Assembly (NCBI GenBank): GCA_963934795.1
Contig: CAWWAF010000005.1
Span: 5,112 to 69,111, forward strand
Reading direction: 5' to 3'
DNA: 64,000 nucleotides
From: an uncultured bacterium
GTDB lineage: Bacteria > Acidobacteriota > Vicinamibacteria > Vicinamibacterales > UBA8438
The notes beneath the pieces were generated by a model that saw only the letters and a program-made list of their open reading frames with translations, was not told where the DNA came from and made no database searches. The position numbers and the translations under genes were made by a program. This document shows, piece by piece, positions 20,899 to 29,494 of this stretch (position 1 is the first letter of the stretch; each line of letters starts with the position of its first letter).

Positions 20899-22500
20899 CT
20901 ACGACCCCAGCGCGTACACCATGAGTGTTCCCGCCTGATTGGCGACCGGTAATTCCAATTGCTGTTCCGTAATCAAGTAGTCGATCTCATACTGGCCAGC
21001 CAACAGGACGGCCCTGTCGGCCGTCAGCTCGTTGAAGTGACCGACCGCTTCGACCCGCTCGGCCACGCGACGTGCGATTTCTGGCGAGTAGATAGCCAAC
21101 GCACTGTCCTTGATCAGTTCGAGAAACACATCTCGCCCGCTAGCCGCCCGGACGCTCGTCCCGTAGCGCGCCGCGTGAACCGGGTCAGCCAGGAAATGCG
21201 TGCCTACCGGTTGCGTGGCGGCCCATACCATCAGGTGGTTCCAGTCGCTGTTCTCAAACCCCACCTCCAAGACCGCTCGCTCCGGGCGTTCGATGAAACC
21301 GCGGTAACCGCCGCGGAACATTGCCAACACCACGACCACGCCCACGAGTATTCGGCGGGGTGCCACACGCCCGCCACGCCTGTCGGCCGCGCGCCACGGC
21401 CCCTCGAAGAGCAGCCACGCCAGCAGCAACACACCCACGTAGTCCATCAGCCAGAAGACCCGGTTCACCTGCAGCTGCACCGCCAGCGCCACCGACGCGT
21501 AGGAGAACACGGCCGACCCGAGGAACACGCCCAGCAACAGGCCGCACCCTGCGATCAGCGTGCGCTCCCAGCGACTCGCGATGCCAAGAGCGTGGCGATA
21601 GTGGTGAAGGCCGAAGACCAGCGCCGCGATACCCAAATTGCTGAGCCACGCCGACAGCGGCCACCCTGGCACGACCAGATAGTCCTTGTATTGAACGAGC
21701 AGCTGGAGCCACGCCGGGTCCATCACGACCAGTTGCTCTCGCAGCGGACCTCCCAAGGTCACGGCGCCGACCAGGACGGCGGCCACAGAGCCCACGAGCA
21801 ACGACCTCGCCGAAATGCCCCCATTCAGCAGGGCAGCCCCGCCGACCATGATCGCGAACCAGAAACCGATAGTCGGGTGAATAAGAATGGCGACGACGAC
21901 GAGGGCCAAGGCCAACTTGCCCCGTCCGTGCAGGTACAGCGCCGACGCTGCCAACCCCACCGCGAACGCGAGCATCCGCGGGTGAAAGTAGCCCTCCACG
22001 GAATTGGCACCGGTATCCGGAATGCGGTGTCGGACGGTCATAAGCGCCAGCAGACCACCAATGGTCCACCAGCTTCGATACAGCGCGACACCCAGACCGA
22101 TCAGCGCACCGTAGAGGAGCAGCAGGGTGATGACCTGACTGGTCAGAAACGCCACCGGCAACGAGACCCCGATGGCGGTGACGAGGGGCGCGAACCAATC
22201 GTCGAAAAAGAGAAAACGATCCTGGGCGGCGATCAGCGCGCCATCGTGCGGAAAGAGTCGCGGGTCGATCTCGTCAAGCACGACCGGGATGTAGAACGCC
22301 TGGTCTGACACTCCGTAGTGATACCCGCCCGAATTGAGCGTGACCAGGACGCAGAAGCCGATTGCTCCGGCGATGAGCAGGAGGAGGTGCCGCGGCCGAA
22401 TTGGGAGCCGCCCGACGAAGTGGTCTGCTGATTGCAATGTCGCGATGTCCGCATCCGCGGCGGGCCGCCCGTCGTGAACAACCCCGCAGCATTCTCGCAC
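20899..22500 (-). CDS. Multi-pass membrane protein, possibly GT-C glycosyltransferase-like
   Basis: About ten hydrophobic segments; SDQAFYIP, EGYFHPR, IHPT and a C-terminal soluble domain; start uncertain, function tentative. Confidence 0.6.
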   Translation of the reverse strand: MRECCGVVHDGRPAADADIATLQSADHFVGRLPIRPRHLLLLIAGAIGFCVLVTLNSGGYHYGVSDQAFYIPVVLDEIDPRLFPHDGALIAAQDRFLFFDDWFAPLVTAIGVSLPVAFLTSQVITLLLLYGALIGLGVALYRSWWTIGGLLALMTVRHRIPDTGANSVEGYFHPRMLAFAVGLAASALYLHGRGKLALALVVVAILIHPTIGFWFAIMVGGAALLNGGISARSLLVGSVAAVLVGAVTLGGPLREQLVVMDPAWLQLLVQYKDYLVVPGWPLSAWLSNLGIAALVFGLHHYRHALGIASRWERTLIAGCGLLLGVFLGSAVFSYASVALAVQLQVNRVFWLMDYVGVLLLAWLLFEGPWRAADRRGGRVAPRRILVGVVVVLAMFRGGYRGFIERPERAVLEVGFENSDWNHLMVWAATQPVGTHFLADPVHAARYGTSVRAASGRDVFLELIKDSALAIYSPEIARRVAERVEAVGHFNELTADRAVLLAGQYEIDYLITEQQLELPVANQAGTLMVYALGS

Positions 22501-22583
22501 AGGCCCCGCGCGCGTCGATGTTGTGCCCTGGCCTGACCGGTGCTAGTGTCGTGTTCGATGTATCCCGATACGCTGGAGAATTC

Positions 22584-23885
22584 ATGACGACCAGAAATCA
22601 CCGTTCCATGGTGGGTGCTGTCGCGCTCGCCGCGCTCGGCGTATGCGGCAGTTCGCCCTCTATCGCGGCACAAGGTGTAGATGCGTCCGCGGTTCACGAG
22701 GTTACATTTACGAAGGACGTGGTCCCCATTCTCCAGCGGTCCTGCCAGAGTTGTCATCGAGTCGATTCCATCGCGCCCATGTCGCTCATGACGTATGACG
22801 AGACTCGACCATGGGCTCGATCAATCAGACAGCGGGTGGCCCAGCGCGAAATGCCACCGTGGTACATCGAGCGTAACATCGGCATTCAGAAATTTGAGGA
22901 CGATCCGTCGCTCACCGACGACGAGATCGCCACGATCGTGAACTGGGTCGACGGAGGCACGCGTCGAGGCGACCCGGCCGATCTTCCCCCGCCCAAGGTC
23001 TTCGCCGAATTCGACGCATGGCAGATGGGCGAGCCCGATCTCGTCGTGAACCTGCCGGAGCCCATCGTGGTGCCAGCCGCCGCACCAGATTGGTGGGTTA
23101 ATGTCGACACCGAACCGATTGCACTGACCGAAGACCGGTACCTGAAGGCGGTCGAATCGCGACCGTCCCTCCCTGGCGCCGAGAAGGTGGTGCACCACGC
23201 CGTGGCATACGTCGTCTCGCCGGACGACGAACAGGGATTTCTGAACGAATACGCGGTTGGGAAAAACGCGGACATCTTCCCCGACGGCACGGGGCGGCTG
23301 ATGCGCGCCGGCTCACGGGTCCGCTACAACCTTCATCTGCATGCCATCGGCGAAGAGACTCCGGCCGACGTACAGATTGGGCTCAAGTTCTACCCCAAAG
23401 GCGTGCTACCTGACCACGTCGTGTTTGCCGCCCATGCCGGAGACAGTTACGACACCATCGATATTCCAGCGGGCGACAACAACGCACGCGTCGACGGCTA
23501 TTTTTTCCTTCACGAACCGGCTCAGGTCGTCTCGTTTCAGCCTCACCTGCACAACCGCGGAAAGCGACAATGCGTCGAGGCCATCTACCCCAGCGGGCTC
23601 GTCGAGACCTTGAGTTGCGCGCAGCACAATTTCGCTTGGATGCTCAACTACACCTACCAGGAAAATGTGCAACCGCTCTTGCCGGCCGGGACAAATCTGC
23701 ATCTCATTAGCTGGTACGACAACAGCGATGCGAACCGATACAACCCGGACTCGCGCAACTGGATCGGTTTCGGTAACCGGTCGATGGACGAGATGTCACA
23801 CACCTGGATGAACATCTTCTACATGTCAGAGGACGAGTTCGACCGACGGGTGCAAGCGCGTCAGGCGAAGCGCGCTAGCAACTGA
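22584..23885 (+). CDS. Exported c-type cytochrome fused to a copper type II (PHM/DBM-like) monooxygenase domain
   Basis: Signal peptide; TFTKDVVPILQRSCQSCH heme motif; MPPW; VVHHAV, NLHLH, QPHLHNRGK, DEMSH. Confidence 0.8.
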   Translation: MTTRNHRSMVGAVALAALGVCGSSPSIAAQGVDASAVHEVTFTKDVVPILQRSCQSCHRVDSIAPMSLMTYDETRPWARSIRQRVAQREMPPWYIERNIGIQKFEDDPSLTDDEIATIVNWVDGGTRRGDPADLPPPKVFAEFDAWQMGEPDLVVNLPEPIVVPAAAPDWWVNVDTEPIALTEDRYLKAVESRPSLPGAEKVVHHAVAYVVSPDDEQGFLNEYAVGKNADIFPDGTGRLMRAGSRVRYNLHLHAIGEETPADVQIGLKFYPKGVLPDHVVFAAHAGDSYDTIDIPAGDNNARVDGYFFLHEPAQVVSFQPHLHNRGKRQCVEAIYPSGLVETLSCAQHNFAWMLNYTYQENVQPLLPAGTNLHLISWYDNSDANRYNPDSRNWIGFGNRSMDEMSHTWMNIFYMSEDEFDRRVQARQAKRASN

Positions 23886-24793
23886 TGGCCGCTGCACGTC
23901 GGTTCACGCAGGTCGTGTGCATCTTGGCTGCGGCAGGATGTCTATGGCCCCCGCCACCCGTCTCGGCGCAGAACCTGCAATATTTAAGCGGACAAAACGT
24001 CGTGCCGGCGTTCGAGGGATGGGAGAGGAACGCCGACGACTCATTCACGTTTTACTTCGGTTACCTGAACCGAAACTATCGGGAGGAACTCAGCGTTCCT
24101 CTGGGTCCCGAGAACCGCATCGAACCTGACCACCTGGGTCAGCCCCAACCGACCTACTTCTACCCGCGACGTCATCGGTTTCTCTTCAGCGTGCAGGTCC
24201 CGCCGGACTGGGGAGACCGCGACGTCCTCTGGACGCTCACCTCGGCCGGGAAGACGGAAACCGCCTACGGATCATTGCTGCCGGTCTGGGAGGTCAACGA
24301 CCAGGTCATCTCTGAGAACCGCGCCGGTGGTGGATACGCTGACGACAATCGGCCGCCCACGATCGCCCTTGTCGACGCGGCCGACCGTACGGCGACCGTG
24401 GGTGAACCTCTCTCGTTGACCGTTCGCCTCGGCGACGACGGCATTCCAGAGCCACGCGCAGTTCGCGGCACCAAGGACCCGCGCATTGACGTGGATGCAT
24501 CCGGACGGCCCTTGTTCGGAGCTGGCCGTTTCGGCCGCCGAACCGCGCTGGGTCTGCGGGTCGCGTGGCTGCACTGGCGAGGTCCGGGCACGGTGACATT
24601 CGCGCCCTGGCACATGGCAGGCATCGACGACCGCATGCCCGGCTGGGCCCCTCCCGAAGTGCCTCCGGACGGACGAACCAGCACGACGGCCACCTTCGAC
24701 ACACCCGGCACCTACGTGGTGCGGGCGATGGCAGACGACGGCTATCTGTCGGCGCCGATCGACATCACAGTCACAGTCCACGAGCCGCGTTGA
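23885..24793 (+). CDS. Secreted hypothetical protein with C-terminal Ig/PKD-like fold, coupled to the monooxygenase
   Basis: TGATG overlap; signal peptide ending VSA-Q; GQNVVPAFEGW, FGYLNRN, QPTYFYPRR, ATFDTPGTYVVRAMADDG. Confidence 0.75.
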   Translation: MAAARRFTQVVCILAAAGCLWPPPPVSAQNLQYLSGQNVVPAFEGWERNADDSFTFYFGYLNRNYREELSVPLGPENRIEPDHLGQPQPTYFYPRRHRFLFSVQVPPDWGDRDVLWTLTSAGKTETAYGSLLPVWEVNDQVISENRAGGGYADDNRPPTIALVDAADRTATVGEPLSLTVRLGDDGIPEPRAVRGTKDPRIDVDASGRPLFGAGRFGRRTALGLRVAWLHWRGPGTVTFAPWHMAGIDDRMPGWAPPEVPPDGRTSTTATFDTPGTYVVRAMADDGYLSAPIDITVTVHEPR

Positions 24794-24879
24794 CGCTGAC
24801 GGCGTGAGTCACGCCCGCCCAACGAATCAGCGAGGGGCGCGCGATGCCCCCGTCCTTCGCATCATTCAATTGGTGCTGC

Positions 24880-24923
24880 GAGCAATGGTGGGAGCGAGCT
24901 TCGGCAGCTCCCTACCATTGCTC
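24880..24923. terminator. Long imperfect hairpin between convergent genes (candidate bidirectional terminator)
   Basis: gagcaatggt-gggagc pairs with gctccctaccattgctc (one bulge); cTTCGg lies in the loop region; no clear U-tract. Confidence 0.5.
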
Positions 24924-24976
24924 GGAGTGGGGCCGCGACGCGGCGGCGCGGGGTTCTGGGCGACGTCGCGTCTCAA

Positions 24977-25533
24977 TTAGAATCGCACAGTCGCGGCGAC
25001 GTGCGGCCGGGTGAGCCAGTTGTTGCTGGCTCCGGGATCGGTGTCGAGCCCGCGGGTGACGTGCATCGTCAGATCCAGCGACAGATTGGGCAGCGGGATG
25101 TAGGCGATGGTGAACATGTGCAATTCGGTGTCCGAGCCCGGAATGTCGCTGAACATGAACGTCGACAGCACCGCTTCCTGTTGAATCCGTCCGTAGGTAT
25201 ACCCGAGCGTGTAGGTCTTGAGCGTCCGAGACCCGCCGTACTCCGCCTCGAACCAGACGCCGGTATCGCGCTCTGACGCGGCCTTGGTATTCTTCAGATA
25301 CTCGCCCAGCACCCGGAAGCGGCTCCGATGACGCGTCTCGCGGCCGTCCTGGTAGAACCCCTCGTAGCGTGACCGAAATCGCCGCCGAACTGGATACGCT
25401 CGTACCAGGGGGCTGGAGCGGATCAAGTCTGAGCCGCCGCCGCCACGGGGATCACCACGGCGAGCGCGGCACCAGACACGACGAGACGACCGAAACGACG
25501 AATTGCACTGTTCACGATTGCTGATCTGTACAT
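24977..25533 (-). pseudogene. Decayed outer-membrane porin (putative-porin-like beta-barrel)
   Basis: Signal peptide MYRS...VAAAAQT, TGA at 25423-25425, in-frame SAPAPWYERIQFGGDF, 1-nt frameshift at ~25375 to RSRYEGFYQD...RHRSRFR, then an abrupt jump to C-terminal beta-strands ending TVRF. Confidence 0.75.
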
Positions 25534-25539
25534 GGGATG

Positions 25540-25573
25540 AGCATAGCGACGCTGGGTTTCACACCTGTTACGG
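25540..25573 (-). promoter_or_regulatory. Second putative Pho-box promoter, driving the porin pseudogene
   Basis: Minus strand ccGTAACaggt gtGAAAC, 10 nt, TATGCT; same half-sites and spacing as the pstS promoter. Confidence 0.7.
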
Positions 25574-25656
25574 ACACGCTAATTCTGTGTGACCAAGCAG
25601 CTCACGGGGTGTAAGATTCGTCTCACGGATCATTCATTCTAGAGGCAGAGGTCGGA

Positions 25657-28047
25657 ATGCGAAGATTTGAGGTTGGATCGGCGACTGCCGCACTCCTCGT
25701 AGTGGCGCTCGCCACCCCACCGCTCGCGTCCACCGCGTACGCCCAGGGGGGGGCCGGCGTTGCGGCGGTCGACACAGACCAAGCGACCATCAACCAGTAC
25801 TGCCTGGGCTGCCATAACGATCGTTCACTCCGCGGGGGACTGTCGCTGGAAGGCACGCCCTTGACGCAGGTTGCGGAACACACCGATGTCTGGGAGCGCG
25901 CCCTCCGGAAGCTACGAGCTGGTGCCATGCCGCCAGACGGTTCACCGCGACCAGATCCAGCGACCTATGCTGGCCTGGTGTCGTATCTCGAAACGACGCT
26001 CGACGCGGCGTCCATCGCCAGCCCGAATCCAGGCCGCACCGACACGTTCAGACGCCTGAACCGCACGGAATACCGGAACGCGATCAGGGATCTTCTGGCC
26101 CTCGACGTGGACGTCGCGACGCTCCTGCCACAGGACGATGCCAGCTTCGGCTTCGATAATGTCGGGGTCGTCGAGTTATCGCCAACCCTGATGGAGCGGT
26201 ATCTCACGGCGGCCCAGAAAATCAGCCGTCTGGCCGTCGGGAGCATGGCGATCGTGCCGGGCAGCCGCGTGGTCACCATGCGACCGGACGTGACGCAAGA
26301 AGGTCATCTGGCCGGGCTCCCGTTCGGCACCCGCGGGGGCACACGGGTCCAGCACACGTTTCCGCTCAACGGCGAGTACGAGATTGAGGTGCGACTGGCG
26401 CGTAACCGAAACGAGAACATTGAAGGGCTTCGGGAGCCGGATGTCCTGGAAATGACGCTGGACGGTGAACGGCTGGAACTGTTCACGGTGGTGCCGGACC
26501 GTAACCGGTTCGGCAGCTATTACGCGGACGAGGATGTCGACAAACACCTGAACGTCCGGGTGCCAATATCTGCCGGTCCGCACACGTTCGGCACCGCATT
26601 TCTGCAAAAGAATTCCGCGGTCATCGAAACAGAGCGTCAACCGTATCAAGCGCAGTTCAACCAGGACCGACACCCCCGCCAGCAGCCGGCGGTGCACTCC
26701 GTGTCCATCAGCGGACCGTTTCAACCGAGCGGTACTGGCGACACGCCCAGCCGGAGTCGCATTTTCAGCTGCCGACCCACCACGGCGGCCGATGAGGCAG
26801 ACTGCGCCGCGTCCATCATCTCTGGGCTGGCACGCCGCGCCTATCGACGGCCGGTCGCGTTCAGTGACATCGAGATGCCGATGGCCTTCTATGAGGAGGG
26901 CCGCACGGACGGCGACTTCGAGACAGGCATCGAGCTGGCGCTCCGGGCGTTGCTGACAAGCCCCGAGTTCCTGTTCCGCATCGAGCGCGACCCCGAGGGC
27001 GTGACCGACGGCGCCGCCTACGCGCTCAGTGACATCGAGCTGGCGTCGCGACTGTCCTTCTTCCTGTGGAGCAGCATTCCGGACGACGCGCTGATGGACG
27101 ACGCCGAGGCGGGGCGGCTGCGGACAGGATCCACACTCGAACGTCACGTGCGGCGCATGCTGGACGACCCCCGTTCGCGCTCGCTGACGACCAACTTTGC
27201 CGACCAGTGGCTGTATCTCCGTAACCTGGAGACGGTGGCCCCGAATCTTCGGCTGTTCCCCGATTTCGACGACAACCTGCGGACCGCGTTCCGACAGGAA
27301 ACGCAGATGTTGTTCGAGAGCATCGTGCGCGAAGACCGCAGCGTGGTCGATTTACTGGAGGCCAACTACACGTTCCTGAACGAGCGGTTGGCCCGCCACT
27401 ACGGCATCTCTGGCGTCTACGGGAACGACTTCCGCCGCGTGGAGCTGCCGGCGGACAGCGAGCGCCGCGGTCTGCTCGGACACGGCAGCATACTGACGGT
27501 CACCTCATACGCGACCCGCACCTCACCCGTGCTGCGAGGCAAGTGGATTCTCGAGAACTTGATGGGCATGCCACCGCCTCCACCGCCTCCGAACGTGCCC
27601 GCGCTGGAGGAGCCTGCACCAGGCGTCGCCGCCCGATCGATGCGCGAGCGGATGGAGCAACATCGCGCGAACGCCGTGTGCGCGTCGTGTCACCGGCTGA
27701 TGGACCCGGCGGGGCTCTCCATGGAGAACTTTGATGCCATCGGCCGCTGGCGAGACCGGGCCGATAACTCGACTCCGATTGACGCGTCAGGAAGTATTCC
27801 TGGCGGCGGCGCTTTCGACGGCGTAACCGGGCTGCGACAGGCCCTGCTGGCCCGGCCAGAGGTCTTTGTCGGCACGATGACCGAGAAGCTGTTGACCTAC
27901 GCCCTCGGACGCGGCCTCGCAACCCACGACGGCCCGGCCGTACGGCGCATCGTGCGCCGCGTCGCCGGCAACGACTACCAGTTCTCGGCCCTCGTCCTCG
28001 GTATCGTCGAGAGCAGTCCGTTCCAGATGCGGAGATCGCAACAATGA
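25657..28047 (+). CDS. DUF1592-family (DUF1587/1595/1592/1588/1585) diheme cytochrome c protein, copy 1
   Basis: YCLGCH, RKLRAGAMPP, RRLNRTEYRNAIRDLL, ELASRLSFFLWSSIPD, TSPVLRGKWILEN, CASCH, KLLTYALGR. Confidence 0.88.
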   Translation: MRRFEVGSATAALLVVALATPPLASTAYAQGGAGVAAVDTDQATINQYCLGCHNDRSLRGGLSLEGTPLTQVAEHTDVWERALRKLRAGAMPPDGSPRPDPATYAGLVSYLETTLDAASIASPNPGRTDTFRRLNRTEYRNAIRDLLALDVDVATLLPQDDASFGFDNVGVVELSPTLMERYLTAAQKISRLAVGSMAIVPGSRVVTMRPDVTQEGHLAGLPFGTRGGTRVQHTFPLNGEYEIEVRLARNRNENIEGLREPDVLEMTLDGERLELFTVVPDRNRFGSYYADEDVDKHLNVRVPISAGPHTFGTAFLQKNSAVIETERQPYQAQFNQDRHPRQQPAVHSVSISGPFQPSGTGDTPSRSRIFSCRPTTAADEADCAASIISGLARRAYRRPVAFSDIEMPMAFYEEGRTDGDFETGIELALRALLTSPEFLFRIERDPEGVTDGAAYALSDIELASRLSFFLWSSIPDDALMDDAEAGRLRTGSTLERHVRRMLDDPRSRSLTTNFADQWLYLRNLETVAPNLRLFPDFDDNLRTAFRQETQMLFESIVREDRSVVDLLEANYTFLNERLARHYGISGVYGNDFRRVELPADSERRGLLGHGSILTVTSYATRTSPVLRGKWILENLMGMPPPPPPPNVPALEEPAPGVAARSMRERMEQHRANAVCASCHRLMDPAGLSMENFDAIGRWRDRADNSTPIDASGSIPGGGAFDGVTGLRQALLARPEVFVGTMTEKLLTYALGRGLATHDGPAVRRIVRRVAGNDYQFSALVLGIVESSPFQMRRSQQ

Positions 28048-29390
28048 TGATCACAAAGAAGGCGCTTCCGCGCCGGACATTCCTCAAGGGTGTGGGCGCC
28101 TCGGTGGCACTGCCGTTACTCGATTCCATGGTGCCGGCCTTCACCGCCCACGCCGCCACGGTGGCCAATGCGCCGAGGCGACTGGGGTATGTCTTCATTC
28201 CGATGGGCATGAATCCCGCACCCTGGACACCCGAAGAGGTCGGCCCGCTCACGCGGCTGTCGCCCTCACTCGCGTCGCTCACACCCCATCTGAACGACGT
28301 GACGGTCGTCACGAACATGGAGTTGGAGAACGCTCACACCACGGGGAACCACGCGTCGTCGAACGCGGCGTTTCTCAGTTGCCTCCGTGGAAAGCGGACC
28401 GAGGGCAGCGACTACGAGCTGGGCGTGACGGTCGACCAGCTTGCGGCCCAATCCATCGGCGGCGATACCCCGATTCCATCGCTCGAACTGGGCACCGACA
28501 TGATCGTGCAGGTTGGTGCCTGCGACAACGGCTACGCGTGCGTCTACCAAAACAGCCTGTCGTGGGCGTCTCCCACCTCGCCGTTACCGACCGAAGCCGA
28601 CCCGCGTGTGGTCTTCGAGCGACTGTTCGGTGACGGGGGCACGCCGGACGAGCGTCGGGCCGAAATGAAGAAGAACGCCAGCATCCTTGACTGGGTGCTG
28701 GGAGACATGTCGAAGCTGCAGCAATCGCTGGGCTCCGGCGACCGGACCAAGGTCGACGAGTACGTCACGACCGTTCGTGAGGTCGAACGACGTATCCAGT
28801 TGGCCGAGCATCAGACGGCCGGTTCGCCACTACCGGATCTGACCCGTCCCACGAGCGTACCGACAGACTGGGAAGACCACGTCAAGCTGATGTACGACCT
28901 CCAGATACTGGCGATGCAAGCGGACTTGACGCGGGTCATCACGTTCCAGATGGCTCGGGAGGCGAGCACCCGCAGCTACCCGCAGATCGGCGTGCCGGAA
29001 CCGCATCACCCGGTCTCGCACCACGTCAACGACCCTGAAAAGCTCGCCAAGCTGGCCAAGATCAACGCGTATCACGTGTCCTTGTTCGCTTACATGGTCG
29101 GCAGGATGGCATCCACGCCGGACGGCGACGGGTCGCTGCTCGACCATTCGACCTTCATGCTCGGCAGCGGCATGGGGAATCCGGATGTGCACGACCACCG
29201 GAACCTACCCATCATCGTGGCCCGAGGTGGCAGCGACAAGTCCTGGGGCGGCCGGCACGTGAAATACGAGCAGGCAACGCCGCTGGCCAATTTACACCTG
29301 ACGCTGTTGGACGATGTCGGCGTGCACCTCGACCGCTTCGTCGACAGTACCGGTCACGCCGTCGAGGTGACCGAACCGCTGTCGCTCTAG
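28044..29390 (+). CDS. DUF1552 family protein, copy 1
   Basis: PRRTFLKGVGASVALPLLDSMVPA, SLELG, CDNGYACVY, PRVVFERLFG, HHPVSHH; ATGA overlap with the upstream gene. Confidence 0.88.
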   Translation: MMITKKALPRRTFLKGVGASVALPLLDSMVPAFTAHAATVANAPRRLGYVFIPMGMNPAPWTPEEVGPLTRLSPSLASLTPHLNDVTVVTNMELENAHTTGNHASSNAAFLSCLRGKRTEGSDYELGVTVDQLAAQSIGGDTPIPSLELGTDMIVQVGACDNGYACVYQNSLSWASPTSPLPTEADPRVVFERLFGDGGTPDERRAEMKKNASILDWVLGDMSKLQQSLGSGDRTKVDEYVTTVREVERRIQLAEHQTAGSPLPDLTRPTSVPTDWEDHVKLMYDLQILAMQADLTRVITFQMAREASTRSYPQIGVPEPHHPVSHHVNDPEKLAKLAKINAYHVSLFAYMVGRMASTPDGDGSLLDHSTFMLGSGMGNPDVHDHRNLPIIVARGGSDKSWGGRHVKYEQATPLANLHLTLLDDVGVHLDRFVDSTGHAVEVTEPLSL

Positions 29391-29494
29391 TGATTGGACG
29401 ACTGCGCCCCTCGGACGGCGCGCAGCCACTGCGAGAGCCGTTGCGTCGGCTCCCGTGAGAGAGTGCCGGGGTTCAAAATGTCGGGAGATTTGTC

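Noticed and set aside
25423-25425. In-frame TGA in the porin gene as selenocysteine or read-through
   Set aside because: It lies in a linker just after the signal peptide and comes with a frameshift and a deletion, so decay is the simpler explanation
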